Source of the DNA: Capsulimonadales bacterium
GTDB taxonomy: Bacteria; Armatimonadota; Armatimonadia; Armatimonadales; Armatimonadaceae
Length of the DNA stretch: 44,943 nucleotides
Reading direction: 5' to 3'
Assembly (NCBI GenBank): GCA_033762295.1
Contig: JANRLW010000035.1
Location: 1 to 44,943, forward strand
Shown here: positions 27,360 to 37,466 of the stretch, in pieces
Layout: every line of letters starts with the position of its first letter
Numbering within the stretch: position 1 is the first letter of the stretch
Made by a program: the position numbers and the translations under genes
The notes under the pieces: model-generated
Seen by the model: the letters and a program-made list of their open reading frames with translations, nothing else
Databases searched by the model: none
What the model was told of the DNA's origin: nothing

Positions 27360-28463
27360 CTAATCGGCGCGCGGCGGCAGGGTCCACGGGAACGCCGGGG
27401 CCATGCCGGGAAACGGCTCGGGGTCGAACGAATAGCCCGGATCCCGATCGTAGAACATTCGGTCGGAGAAGTCCAGCAGCGTCTGCCAGTCGTCGAGCGA
27501 GTGGTCGTGTCCGCCTTCGCGATACCGGACGCCGATCAGGTCGTCGGCATCCAGGAACCGGTAGACCTCCCGCGCCCCGAGGTAGGTTTGATAGGTGCCG
27601 ATCGGGTTGGCCCAGAGGTCGCCGATCGCCTCCGTGGTCAGCAGGGCGCGCGGCGCGACCAGCGCCTTGACCTCGTGCTGATCGAACGGCAGTTCCTCAT
27701 CGCGCCCGATATAGTCGTTGAGACGCGGCGAGAACCAGTAGGGGAACACACCGAGGATATTTTCCAGCAGTTCGCAGCCCTCGCCCTGTACCCGGAAACT
27801 GCCCGCGCCGCCGCAACCGGAATTATTGGCCGAGGTCAGGGCGATCCGTTCGTCGGTCGCCCCGGCCAGCAACGCCGCCTTCCCGCCGCGAGAATGCCCT
27901 ACAATGGCGATCCGGTCCGGATCGACCCTGGGCAGGTCCTGCAGGACGTCGACCGCCCGATGGTACCCCCAGGCCCAGGCCGCCAGCGCGCCGTAATCCC
28001 CCTCCGGGTACACCTGATGCAGGGCACGATCCCGTTCCGTTCGCTGATCGTCGGGAACGATCTCGGTCCGGTTGAACGTCGCCAGAATATACCCTCGCTG
28101 CAGGATTTCCGACTCGACCCGATGGGTTATGTACCGCCAGCAGGCGTCGCCGCAGAGGACGACCGGGAAGGGACCGTCGCCGGTCGGGGTCAGGACGCTG
28201 AGCAGGAACCAGAACGGGCGCGCTCCGCCCTCGGTGACGACGCGGTAGGTCGCGTGCGAGACGCCGCGCGGATCGTGCAGCGTATAGGCATGGAGGATTT
28301 CGGCATAGACATCGGTCGGTGTCGGCGGCAGGTGCCCGTACTCCGTCCCGAGAATCAGGTTCAAAAGTTCGGCGCGACGCCGACGCCAGTCCCCGGCATC
28401 GGAAACGCGTCCCCCGCCGTCGAACGCGAACGGATCGGGGAGTTCGGCTTTGACCGTATACAT
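27360..28463 (-). CDS. CE15 glucuronoyl-esterase-like hydrolase
   Basis: LPDPF, AWAWG, GHSRGGK, SGCGG and LPFDQH..ALVAPR. ATG 28463 has a GAGAGG RBS. Confidence 0.88.
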   Translation of the reverse strand: MYTVKAELPDPFAFDGGGRVSDAGDWRRRRAELLNLILGTEYGHLPPTPTDVYAEILHAYTLHDPRGVSHATYRVVTEGGARPFWFLLSVLTPTGDGPFPVVLCGDACWRYITHRVESEILQRGYILATFNRTEIVPDDQRTERDRALHQVYPEGDYGALAAWAWGYHRAVDVLQDLPRVDPDRIAIVGHSRGGKAALLAGATDERIALTSANNSGCGGAGSFRVQGEGCELLENILGVFPYWFSPRLNDYIGRDEELPFDQHEVKALVAPRALLTTEAIGDLWANPIGTYQTYLGAREVYRFLDADDLIGVRYREGGHDHSLDDWQTLLDFSDRMFYDRDPGYSFDPEPFPGMAPAFPWTLPPRAD

Positions 28464-28480
28464 GGCACACCTCTCGGAAA

Positions 28481-28516
28481 CGAAAGGAGACGACGCCGGC
28501 GCATCGTCTCCTTTCG
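28481..28516 (-). terminator. 13-bp hairpin after the DUF1501 gene (probable terminator)
   Basis: CGAAAGGAGACGA...TCGTCTCCTTTCG followed by a short T run on the minus strand. Confidence 0.55.
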
Positions 28517-28540
28517 AAATGGGTTGGTTTTTCGGATACG

Positions 28541-29869
28541 TTACGTCAGCGCCGGTTCGATCGGGCGTCCGCCTCGCGAGAGGGTGATGCGCACCCCTTC
28601 CGGCGAGGAGATGGACTGGGTATGATCGATCCCCAGGCACTGGTAGATGGTGGCGGACAGGTCTTCGGGCCGCACCGGCCGCTCGGCGGGTTCGTAACCT
28701 TTGGCGTCCGACGACCCGATGACCTGTCCGCCCTTGATGCCGCCGCCCGCGAGGAGGACGGAGAAGCAGCGCGGATGATGGTCACGCCCGCCGTCCCGGT
28801 TGATGACCGGCGTCCGTCCGAACTCGCCCATGACGATGACCAGGGTCTTTTGCAGCAGGCCGCGCTGACCGAGGTCGTTCAGGAACGCCGCCAGTCCCTG
28901 ATCGAAGGCGGGCAGGGTCCCGCCGCGCAGTGCGTTGAACGCGTTGCTGTGCGTGTCCCAGCCGCCGTGCTGGACGGTGACGAAGCGAACGCCGCCCTCG
29001 ACCAGACGACGCGCGAGCAGGAGCGATTGGCCGAACCCGTTGCGACCGTAGGCGTTTCGCGTCTCGTCCTTCTCCTTCTTCAGGTCGAACGCTTCGCGCG
29101 CCTTATCGGAGGAGAGCAGGGCGTAGGCCCGCTCGTAGAAGGAGTCCACGGTGCGGGCGCGGTCGGACCCCTTCTCGAACCGCGCGAACGCGGCGTCGAC
29201 GGTCTGGCGGAGCGTCCGACGGCGGTCCATCCGCTCGGTGGTGACGCCTGGCGCGAGGTTCAGGTCGCGAACCTGGAAGTTGTTGTCATTCGGGTCGCCG
29301 CCCGGAGAGAACGGGTCGAGCGCCGCGCCGAGGAACCCGGCTCCGCCGTAGAGGACCGGCGAGGGCACCGCGATATACGGCGGCAGCGCGGACAGCGGCG
29401 GCAGCTGGTTGGCCGCGACGGAGCCGTAGGAGGGGACGCCGAATCCGGGGAGCGGTTGAAACCCGGTCATCATGTAGTGGGTGCCCCGTTCGTGCGCCGC
29501 TTCGGGCGTCGTCATCGAGCGGATCAGAGCCACTTTGTTCATCTCTTTGGCAAGCTTCGGCAGGCATTCGCAGATTTCCACGCCGTCCGCGCTGGTTTTG
29601 ATCGGCTGGAATGCCCCGCGGATTTCGGAGGGCGCGTTCGGCTTGAGATCGAACGTATCCAGATGCGACGGACCGCCGCCCAGCCAGATCAGCACCGCCG
29701 AGTTCGCCGTTCCGGCTTCCGGCCCTTTCGCCGACGCCGCGCTCATAGCGAAATACTCGGTCATGGAAAGTCCGAGGGTCGTGAGCATACCGACCCGTAA
29801 AAACTCGCGTCGCCCCATTCGATTCAGGCGGTTGTACTCGTCGCAGGCATTTCGATCCGGACCGTTCAT
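28541..29869 (-). CDS. DUF1501 domain protein with Tat-like signal
   Basis: RREFL, WLGGGPSHLDTFDLKP, ARRLVEGGVRFV, WDTH and GEFGRTP..N...GRDH. GGAGG RBS before ATG 29869. Confidence 0.93.
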   Translation of the reverse strand: MNGPDRNACDEYNRLNRMGRREFLRVGMLTTLGLSMTEYFAMSAASAKGPEAGTANSAVLIWLGGGPSHLDTFDLKPNAPSEIRGAFQPIKTSADGVEICECLPKLAKEMNKVALIRSMTTPEAAHERGTHYMMTGFQPLPGFGVPSYGSVAANQLPPLSALPPYIAVPSPVLYGGAGFLGAALDPFSPGGDPNDNNFQVRDLNLAPGVTTERMDRRRTLRQTVDAAFARFEKGSDRARTVDSFYERAYALLSSDKAREAFDLKKEKDETRNAYGRNGFGQSLLLARRLVEGGVRFVTVQHGGWDTHSNAFNALRGGTLPAFDQGLAAFLNDLGQRGLLQKTLVIVMGEFGRTPVINRDGGRDHHPRCFSVLLAGGGIKGGQVIGSSDAKGYEPAERPVRPEDLSATIYQCLGIDHTQSISSPEGVRITLSRGGRPIEPALT

Positions 29870-30079
29870 CCGATAACCTCCCTGTCGCCGCTTGCTTCGT
29901 CTTACCGTTTCTTCGCTCGGGCATCGCCGACGGCGTCGGTCGCTTCCCCGTCTCCAGTATACCGTTTTAGACGGCTTAATCAACCGCGCGTTACCGATTT
30001 TTTCGCGGGACCGCAGGGAGAAGGCTCGCCGGGGAATAACCTACGCTCAACGGATGACCGATGGAGGAGGAACCGGGCA

Positions 30080-30853
30080 ATGGCTGACGATGTGAAGGCG
30101 CAATACGAACGGGACGGGTATGTTCTGTTTCCCGACGTGCTGGACGCCGACCTGATCCGGGAGGCGAGCGACCATGTCGACTGGCTGCTGGCGAAGAACC
30201 CCGGTCTGCGCCCGGAACAGCTGCACCATCACCTCATCACGCGCGATCCCTTCTGGGTTCGACTTATCTCCGATGACCGACTGCTCGACGTCGCCGAAAA
30301 GTTCATCGGTCCGAATATCGCCCTGTTCGCGAGCCATTACATTTCCAAACCGCCGTACGACGGGCAGGCGGTCCTCTGGCATCAGGACGGCAGTTACTGG
30401 CCGCTCGAACCGATGGAAGTCATCACGCTCTGGCTGGCCATCGATGATTCCCTGCCGGAGAACGGCTGTATGCGGGTCATTCCGGGAACGCAGACGGTCG
30501 ATCTTCAGGAGATGACGCGCCGCACGGACGTCCCCAACGTCCTGAACTCCGAGATCGGCGCGGAGTGGGTGGACGAATCGAAGGCGGTCGACCTGATCCT
30601 GAAGAAGGGCGGGGTCTCCGTCCATCATCCCAACATCATTCACGGGTCGAACGCGAACCATTCTCCGCTCCGTCGGTGCGGACTGACGATCCGCTATATC
30701 CCGACGACCACCCGGATCAAGACGGAAGAAATCTTCCCGAGTGCGTTCCTGTTGCGTGGGGACGCCGTTCCGGGCGTCAACGCGTACCATCCGCGCCCGA
30801 AGTACGTCCCCGGCGAGCATATGCCGTTCCGCGGTTGCGAAGCGTGGCAGTGA
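30080..30853 (+). CDS. Phytanoyl-CoA dioxygenase family protein
   Basis: WHQD, ENGCMRVIPG and HGSNAN.S..RR. Confidence 0.92.
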   Translation: MADDVKAQYERDGYVLFPDVLDADLIREASDHVDWLLAKNPGLRPEQLHHHLITRDPFWVRLISDDRLLDVAEKFIGPNIALFASHYISKPPYDGQAVLWHQDGSYWPLEPMEVITLWLAIDDSLPENGCMRVIPGTQTVDLQEMTRRTDVPNVLNSEIGAEWVDESKAVDLILKKGGVSVHHPNIIHGSNANHSPLRRCGLTIRYIPTTTRIKTEEIFPSAFLLRGDAVPGVNAYHPRPKYVPGEHMPFRGCEAWQ

Positions 30854-30871
30854 CGGGCGGACTACACCCCG

Positions 30872-32383
30872 CTACGGCGTCGCCCCGGTGACGGTGATCG
30901 AGTAAAGGGTGTTCGGTTCGGCGGCAATCTCCAGTCGTCCGCCGCGGATCATCGCCACGGAGCGAAAGAGCCGCTTGGAATGGTCGGTTCCGGTGGCGAC
31001 AACCGCCACCTTCCCGGTCGCCCTCTTCAGGAACCGCAGGTCGTAGGTGATCTTCTGCGCGTTCCCGTAGTTGAGGGTGATCATCACCAGTTCCTTCCGC
31101 CGGTCGTCGTAAGCGACGATGCTGTTGTCGTCGTTGCTGCCGAGAAGGCGAAAGCCGGGGCGAAGAAAGCGGGAGAACTGGGCGAAGACATAGTATTTGG
31201 TATAGATCCAGGTCGGTTTGCCGCGGTCGGGCGCATTTTCGCTTCCGGCATAGTCCCCGTTGACCAACCCCCATCCGGAGTAGGGTTCCAGCGGCTGCCA
31301 GTAGATCCAGGCGGTCGGGCGCAGGTGGTTGATATCCTCGATGATGGTCTGCGCGAGAGCCATGCCCGAGCCGTCGGGGTCGCCGTATTCGCTCATTCGG
31401 ATACGTTTGTCGCCCGCCGACCGGCGCAACCGCTGTCGGGCGGCGTTGTCCCGCCACGGGTCTAGTCCGTTGTAGGCATGGACGTTGACGGTATCCACCA
31501 GGGAATCGACGGTTCGGTTCACGCCGTTCACGGAGACCGATTTCCCCTTGAAGAACTCATGGGTGGATCGGGCCTGCGTCATCGTGTTCTCGTCGGACGC
31601 CGCGATGGCGATGTCTTTCAGGCCCCGGGCGTCCAGTTCCTCGCGCAGGTATCCGAGCATCTCCGCCTGTTCGTTGCCGCCGATATTGCAGCCTTCCTGC
31701 CCCTTGGGATAGGTCCACCACCCGGCGGAGGGTTCGTTGAACGGTTCGATCGATTCGACACGGACGCCCCAGCGATCGCGCGCATATTTCGCGACCGTCG
31801 CCAGGTACCGCATGAAATCCCGCCGGTTCCACCACTGGAGGGCACCGCCCGCCGAACTCTTTTCGTGGGTCATCCACCACATCGGCGCGTTGGCGAAAAA
31901 CTCGACATGGTTCACTCCCCGATCGAGAGCGGCTTTCAGCACGGCGCGCTGCCGGGCATCGCGCGACCAGTCCCATGAATCGGAGGCCGGATCGAAGTTG
32001 TACCAGTTGACCTGATAGCCGTCGATGTCCTTGAACCACGGGAAATCCGAGGGCACGTTCTCGGTCGCGCCGCCGATGTTATCGTTCCGTCCGCCCCCGC
32101 CGACGTTGTACCGGACGAGATTCATTCCGAGACCGGGCAGGGCGTTGCCGAAAAAGGACACGTTCTTCAGGGTGAAGAAGAGGTCGGCGTAGGTATTCTG
32201 ATAGGCGGAGTTTCCAACCCCGTTGCCCCACCAGCAGAGGGAACAGCCCCAGCCCTCCCAGACACCCCGGTTCTCGTCCTTGTTCGGAACCACGGTGTAG
32301 TCCGCCCGCACCGACGACGGCACAAGCAACAACAGCAGAGCCGGAGCGACGATCGCTCGCTTCAGTTGAAATGAAAGATGCAT
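30872..32383 (-). CDS. GH30 glycoside hydrolase, endo-beta-1,6-galactanase-like
   Basis: Signal peptide; WEGWGCSLCWWG, RYNVGG, FNEP (acid/base) and SEYG (nucleophile). Confidence 0.85.
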   Translation of the reverse strand: MHLSFQLKRAIVAPALLLLLVPSSVRADYTVVPNKDENRGVWEGWGCSLCWWGNGVGNSAYQNTYADLFFTLKNVSFFGNALPGLGMNLVRYNVGGGGRNDNIGGATENVPSDFPWFKDIDGYQVNWYNFDPASDSWDWSRDARQRAVLKAALDRGVNHVEFFANAPMWWMTHEKSSAGGALQWWNRRDFMRYLATVAKYARDRWGVRVESIEPFNEPSAGWWTYPKGQEGCNIGGNEQAEMLGYLREELDARGLKDIAIAASDENTMTQARSTHEFFKGKSVSVNGVNRTVDSLVDTVNVHAYNGLDPWRDNAARQRLRRSAGDKRIRMSEYGDPDGSGMALAQTIIEDINHLRPTAWIYWQPLEPYSGWGLVNGDYAGSENAPDRGKPTWIYTKYYVFAQFSRFLRPGFRLLGSNDDNSIVAYDDRRKELVMITLNYGNAQKITYDLRFLKRATGKVAVVATGTDHSKRLFRSVAMIRGGRLEIAAEPNTLYSITVTGATP

Positions 32384-32516
32384 AACGAAGCCTCCATGGC
32401 AAAGCGGACCCTCCCGCGTGAAACCGTCCCGAACGTCGTCCTACCCTTTTTGTATCCGATCGCTCAAGTACTTGATTATACGAGAAGATGGGGACGGTCG
32501 ACAAGGGGCGGGCCGA

Positions 32517-33284
32517 TCAGACGCGGCGAAGCAGGTGGAAGCGCCCGCCGAAACGCAGGTGTCGAATCCGGTCCGGTCGACCGCCGTAGAATGCCAGGAG
32601 TTCTCGTACCAGGAATTGCCGGTGGGTCTCCGGCGACTCGCCCGAGTCCCCGAGGTATTGAAGCGTATTCGAGACCGAAAGGAAAAAATCGGCCAGACGC
32701 TCGGCGGTCATCGGGACCGCCTTCTCATAGCGCCCTTCCCGGACCGGTTCGAAGCCGAACGGCGGTCCGTTCTCCGGTTCGAACGGGGGGTGGCGCGGCG
32801 GTTCCGGGTAACGCGCCAGGTGGACTTCCCGCATCCAGGGCGTGAACTCCGGCACCTCGTCCATGACGCCGCGAATCCCTCCTCCGTAGACCAGGAACCA
32901 CGCGCCCGGTCGGATGACCCGGTGGGCTTCCTCCAGAAACCGCGGTTGATCGAGCCAGTGAAACGCCTCGGACAGGGTCAGCAGGTCGATCCGTTCGGAG
33001 ACGAGGGGCAGACGTTCGGCGGGAGCGACCCGATATCGGATTCGCGGATCGGCGGGGGCGCGAGCGATCATTGCCGGCGAGGCATCGAGGCCGATGATCC
33101 GGCGGGCGTAGGGCAGGAGCGCACGGGTCGACAGTCCGGTCCCGCAACCCACATCGAGGGCGTTCGCGACCGGGCGGGTCCATCCCTCCGCTTCGGCGAC
33201 GGCCTTCAGCGCTTCGTCGTGGTAAAACGGTCGTCCGCGCTCATAGAGTTCGGCAGAACGCGCGGAATCGAAATAGTTGACCAT
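32517..33284 (-). CDS. Class I SAM-dependent methyltransferase
   Basis: Y..GRPFY, LDVGCGTG and AFHW; start ATG 33284. Confidence 0.9.
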   Translation of the reverse strand: MVNYFDSARSAELYERGRPFYHDEALKAVAEAEGWTRPVANALDVGCGTGLSTRALLPYARRIIGLDASPAMIARAPADPRIRYRVAPAERLPLVSERIDLLTLSEAFHWLDQPRFLEEAHRVIRPGAWFLVYGGGIRGVMDEVPEFTPWMREVHLARYPEPPRHPPFEPENGPPFGFEPVREGRYEKAVPMTAERLADFFLSVSNTLQYLGDSGESPETHRQFLVRELLAFYGGRPDRIRHLRFGGRFHLLRRV

Positions 33285-33636
33285 CCCGACGGTATTGTAT
33301 CGCCGTGCGGATTTCCTCACGACGATACGATTTTCGTCCGTTCACGCGGTCGGTAGTGCGCCCTCCGGGTCTTTATCGCGGTTTCTCCTGACCGCACGGC
33401 AGACGGACCTTGCAGGGTTCTTCAGGGTTATTGCGGTAGAATACGTCGTTATGTCGTCCGTTTTCAAACCCCGGCCCCGTATGGGCGGTGTCCCGGAATC
33501 GCCTCGCGACCCGCCGTCGTCCCCGACGCCGGGCGGAACGATGCTGTAAACGACGATGTAACCAATCGTCCTCCTCCTCCCGTCCCTCCGTTTCTCCGAC
33601 GTCCCGTTCGCTCTCATTTCGTTCAGGAGACCCTTC

Positions 33637-34947
33637 ATGGAATCCGCCGCAGGTCATGGCGGGGTCGGTATTCTGCTGACCCTGTTTATCGTTTACGTCG
33701 CCGCTCAGATCGGCGCGGAGGTCGCCGGTCGCCTGCGCCTGCCGTCGGTCGTGGGCGAGATCGCCGCCGGCTGTCTGGTCGGGCCGTCCGTGCTCAACTG
33801 GGTGCATATCAACGAGCCTCTGGAAGTGCTGGCCGAGATCGGCGCGGTCCTGTTGCTCTTCTCGGTGGGCCTGGAAACACGTCTGGCGGATCTACGCCGG
33901 GTGGGCCGGTCGGCCGCTCTCGTCGGAGTGCTCGGGGTGATTTTTCCGTTCGCCCTGGGCGCGTTCTGGGCCTATTTTTCCGGCTTTGAGACGGCGAAGG
34001 CGCTGTTCGTCGCCGCCGCGTTCGTCGCGACGTCCGCGGGCATCACGGCGCGCGTGCTGTCCGATCTGGGCGTTCTCGGCCGAACCGAGTCGCGCGTCAT
34101 CCTGGGCGCGGCGGTGATCGACGATATCCTTGCCATGCTGCTTCTGGGCGTCGTGACCGCCCTTCAGGGGGATGGCGGGACGCGTTCGATCGACTGGGTG
34201 CAACTCGGGCTGGTGCTGGTGCAGGCAATCGGCTTTATCGTCATCGTCGCTCTGGTCGGCACCCGTATCATTCGCAAACGCTCCCGTCTGCTCGATCTGC
34301 CGATCCACCCGCTGTCCCCTCTGACGCTGTCTCTCGCACTCTGTCTCGGGTTGGCGGCGGCGGCGGCCAACCTGGGATTGGCGGCGATCATCGGCGCATT
34401 CCTCGCCGGGACGGTGCTGGCGGAATCGCAGCAACGACTGGCGCTGGAGCGGCAGATTCAGCCGATCATGGCGTTCGTCGTGCCTTTTTTCTTTGTCGTC
34501 ACCGGCGCACAGATCGATTTGAAGGCTCTGTCCAACGGACCGGCCTTACTTTCGCTGGGCATCGTCACGGCCCTCGCGGTGGTCAGTAAACTGGTGGGCG
34601 GCGGACTGGGTGCGCTTTCCCTGGGGAAGAGACGCGCTCTGATCGTCGGCTGGGGAATGGTCCCTCGTGGTGAGGTGGGGATCATCGTGGCCAGCCTGGG
34701 CCGGGACGCCGGTGTGTTTACCGGACGGACGTACGCCTTGATTATCGCGATGTCGCTTCTGACATCGGTGATCGCTCCGCCCGTACTCAATTTTCTTCTG
34801 GCGAAGGAAAAGGCGAAGGATTCGGAACCTCCGCCGTCCCCGGACACGAGCGAGGACGGCCATGAGGACGGTTCGGAACCGTTCCATCTCCATCGGGTGG
34901 ACGAGTGCGGATACGACCGTCCCGCCGCGGAGGTCAGGCGCTCCTGA
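33637..34947 (+). CDS. Cation:proton antiporter (CPA2/NapA-like)
   Basis: LFSVGLET, ATSAGIT, AAVIDD, IIGAF and GMVPRGEVG. Confidence 0.93.
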   Translation: MESAAGHGGVGILLTLFIVYVAAQIGAEVAGRLRLPSVVGEIAAGCLVGPSVLNWVHINEPLEVLAEIGAVLLLFSVGLETRLADLRRVGRSAALVGVLGVIFPFALGAFWAYFSGFETAKALFVAAAFVATSAGITARVLSDLGVLGRTESRVILGAAVIDDILAMLLLGVVTALQGDGGTRSIDWVQLGLVLVQAIGFIVIVALVGTRIIRKRSRLLDLPIHPLSPLTLSLALCLGLAAAAANLGLAAIIGAFLAGTVLAESQQRLALERQIQPIMAFVVPFFFVVTGAQIDLKALSNGPALLSLGIVTALAVVSKLVGGGLGALSLGKRRALIVGWGMVPRGEVGIIVASLGRDAGVFTGRTYALIIAMSLLTSVIAPPVLNFLLAKEKAKDSEPPPSPDTSEDGHEDGSEPFHLHRVDECGYDRPAAEVRRS

Positions 34948-36161
34948 TGTCCGACCCCGTCTCCGCTCCCGTCTCCGCCCCGCTCCGGGAGATCGCCGGT
35001 GTGTTCCTCCGCCTGGGCTTTACGGCCTTCGGCGGACCGGCGGCGCACATCGCCCTGATGAAGGAGGAGTTCGTCGTCCGGCGAAAATGGCTGACGGAGG
35101 CGGAGTTTCTCGATCTGCTGGGGGCGACCAACCTGATTCCGGGACCGAACTCCACGGAGATGGCGATCCATCTCGGCTACCGGCGCGGCGGTTGGATCGG
35201 TCTGATCGTTGCCGGCCTCTGCTTCCTCCTCCCGGCGGCCCTGATCGTTTCCGGGTTCGCCTGGGCGTACGTCCGGTTCGGCGCGTTACCCACGGTCGCG
35301 GGTCTGCTTCAGGCGGTCAAACCGGTCGTGGTGGCGGTGGTTCTGCAGGCGATGGCGGGGCTGGTTCGTCCCGCTCTGAAAAACGTGCCGCTGACGGTCC
35401 TTGGCATCGCCGTGCTGGGCGCGGCGCTTTTCGGTCTCGCCCCCCCTTACCTCCTGTTCGGCGCGGGCTTCCTCACCGGTCTCGCGCGCTGGTGGCAGGG
35501 CGAGTCGTCCCCGGTGCGGCGTTCGCCGGGTTCCCTGCTGGCCCTGCTCGCCGGTGTGGCGGGAATGATCGGCTTGCCCGTCCTGCTGACCTTCGTTTCG
35601 TTCTCTTCCCGAGGAGCGGTTCCGCTCTCCTCCGGAGCGCTGTTCGCCTTCTTTCTGAAGGTCGGCGCGACCCTCTACGGCAGCGGTTACGTGCTTCTTT
35701 CCTTCCTGCGGGAGGAGCCGGTACTGCGCTGGCGGTGGCTGACCGAGGGGCAACTGCTCGACGCGGTCGCCGTCGGGCAGGTGACGCCGGGGCCGGTCTT
35801 CACGACGGCGACATTTATCGGATACGTTCTCAGCGGACCCTTCGGAGCGTTCCTGGCGACCCTTGGCATCTTTCTGCCCTCGTTCGTCTTCGTCGCCCTC
35901 AGTGGTCCGCTGATCCCCCGCCTGCGACAATCGCCGGTCATGGCGGCGTTCCTCGATGGGGTCAATGTCGCCGCTCTCGCACTCCTGGCGACGGTTGTCT
36001 GGGAGACGGCCCGGACCGCGTTCACCGGCCCGTTCACCGTCTCGCTGGCCATCCTGAGCGCGGTTCTCCTGATCCGTTACCGCGTCAACTCCGCCTGGTT
36101 GTTGCTGGCGGCGGCGGGGTTCGGCGCGGTCTGCGGATGGCTCGGTCTTCGCGTCTCCTGA
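34947..36161 (+). CDS. chrA: Chromate efflux transporter (long-chain CHR)
   Basis: LGFTAFGGP, PGPNS, YGSGYV and QVTPGP; TGATG coupling to the antiporter gene. Confidence 0.93.
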   Translation: MSDPVSAPVSAPLREIAGVFLRLGFTAFGGPAAHIALMKEEFVVRRKWLTEAEFLDLLGATNLIPGPNSTEMAIHLGYRRGGWIGLIVAGLCFLLPAALIVSGFAWAYVRFGALPTVAGLLQAVKPVVVAVVLQAMAGLVRPALKNVPLTVLGIAVLGAALFGLAPPYLLFGAGFLTGLARWWQGESSPVRRSPGSLLALLAGVAGMIGLPVLLTFVSFSSRGAVPLSSGALFAFFLKVGATLYGSGYVLLSFLREEPVLRWRWLTEGQLLDAVAVGQVTPGPVFTTATFIGYVLSGPFGAFLATLGIFLPSFVFVALSGPLIPRLRQSPVMAAFLDGVNVAALALLATVVWETARTAFTGPFTVSLAILSAVLLIRYRVNSAWLLLAAAGFGAVCGWLGLRVS

Positions 36162-36165
36162 CCGG

Positions 36166-36612
36166 TTACCCGGTGAGGGAGGCGCGAACGATTGCGGACA
36201 GACGGGCCTTATCGGCGCCTGCCAGGCGGGCCGACGCGGCGGCGATGACCTTTCCCATCTCCTTCACCGAGGCCGCGCCCAGACGAGCGATCTCCTCGGC
36301 CACGATGGCGCGCATCGCCTCCTCGGACGGCGCGGCGGGCAGAAACTCCTCGACGACCGCGATCTCGTAGGTCGTTCGCTCGATCAGTTCGGCCCGCTCC
36401 CCTTTCCGCGCGCTGTCCAGCGTCTCCTGGAACTGCTTCCGCAGTTTTTGCAGAAGCGTTACCGCCAGGGCATCGTCCGGATGGTCCTGTCGCGCGTCCA
36501 CCGCCGCTTTCTTGAGCGCGGCGAGCAGGAACGACAGGATCGAACGACGCTGCCGGTCCTGCTGCCGGAGCGCCTCCCTGCTCGCATCGTCAATTCGCTG
36601 TTGAATGGTCAT
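36166..36612 (-). CDS. yqeY: GatB/YqeY domain protein
   Basis: EIAVVEEFLP and KEMGKVI...GAD...LSAIVR pattern. Confidence 0.88.
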   Translation of the reverse strand: MTIQQRIDDASREALRQQDRQRRSILSFLLAALKKAAVDARQDHPDDALAVTLLQKLRKQFQETLDSARKGERAELIERTTYEIAVVEEFLPAAPSEEAMRAIVAEEIARLGAASVKEMGKVIAAASARLAGADKARLSAIVRASLTG

Positions 36613-36629
36613 TTATAATCTCCCTGTTG

Positions 36630-36673
36630 AAAAGACAAACCCCGACGGCCCTGGAGGAAAGCGGTCGGGGTTT
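36630..36673 (-). terminator. Terminator-like hairpin immediately upstream of the yqeY RBS
   Basis: AAACCCCGAC...GTCGGGGTTT stem, then GTCTTTT on the minus strand. Confidence 0.6.
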
Positions 36674-36811
36674 CGGAAATCGATCGGAACAAGGATGTTA
36701 CGACGTCTCCCCTCCCCCGGCTTCGAGGAGCGAAAGCGGTTCCGGTGTCGGGTTATCGATCGAAAGTATCATCACTGTCCGTTACACCCTTTATCGGGAC
36801 CGGGTTCCCGG

Positions 36812-36840
36812 TTGCTAAACGGGGCGAAAAGGGTTAAGGT
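36812..36840 (+). promoter_or_regulatory. Putative sigma70 promoter
   Basis: TTGCTA-17 nt-TAAGGT upstream of the AAGGAGG RBS of the PNPOx-like gene. Confidence 0.5.
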
Positions 36841-36860
36841 AAGCAACAAGGAGGACGTAG

Positions 36861-37406
36861 ATGGGCAAGGTGTCGGAGACGGGGATCGATTCCGAACTGG
36901 CTGCCTGGCTGGAAGCGCAGCCGGTGTTCTTTACGGCGACGGCGCCGCTGTCGCCGGACGGGCATGTGAACTGCTCCCCCAAGGGCGGCGAGGCGTTTCG
37001 AGTTCTCGGGCCATGGGAGGTCGTTTATGTCGACTTCACCGGAAGCGGTATCGAGACCGTGGCGCATCTGCGGGAGAACGGGCGGATCGTCCTGATGTTC
37101 TGTGCGTTTGCCGGTCGTCCGACGATTGTCCGTCTGCACGGACGCGGCGACGTTCTGTCGCCGGACAGCGCCGCCGGGCGTGCGTTCCTCAAGCGTTTCC
37201 CGCCGAATCCGGGAATTCGGGCGATCATTCGCATCTCGGTCGAACGGGTTGCGACGTCGTGCGGGTATGCGGTTCCGGAGATGGAGTTCAAAGCGCGACG
37301 TGACATCCTCGACCGCTGGGCGACGAACCGGGGCGAGGACGGACTGACGGCGTATCGCGCGGAGAAAAACGCGGTGAGTATCGACGGTCTGCCCGGTCTT
37401 GACTGA
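36861..37406 (+). CDS. Pyridoxamine 5'-phosphate oxidase family protein
   Basis: VFFTATAP, NCSPKG, DFTGSGIET.AHL.ENGR and SCGYAVP. Confidence 0.92.
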   Translation: MGKVSETGIDSELAAWLEAQPVFFTATAPLSPDGHVNCSPKGGEAFRVLGPWEVVYVDFTGSGIETVAHLRENGRIVLMFCAFAGRPTIVRLHGRGDVLSPDSAAGRAFLKRFPPNPGIRAIIRISVERVATSCGYAVPEMEFKARRDILDRWATNRGEDGLTAYRAEKNAVSIDGLPGLD

Positions 37407-37466
37407 CCGTTGCCACCTTAAACCGCAGCGTCGTTCCCGTCGGATGAAAGGTAAACTGGTGACGTT

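Noticed and set aside
33350..33636. Na+/Li+ or fluoride riboswitch upstream of the antiporter-chrA operon
   Set aside because: The leader is long, but I could not match the consensus of nhaA-I/II, DUF1646 or crcB motifs by eye. An Infernal/Rfam scan would settle it.
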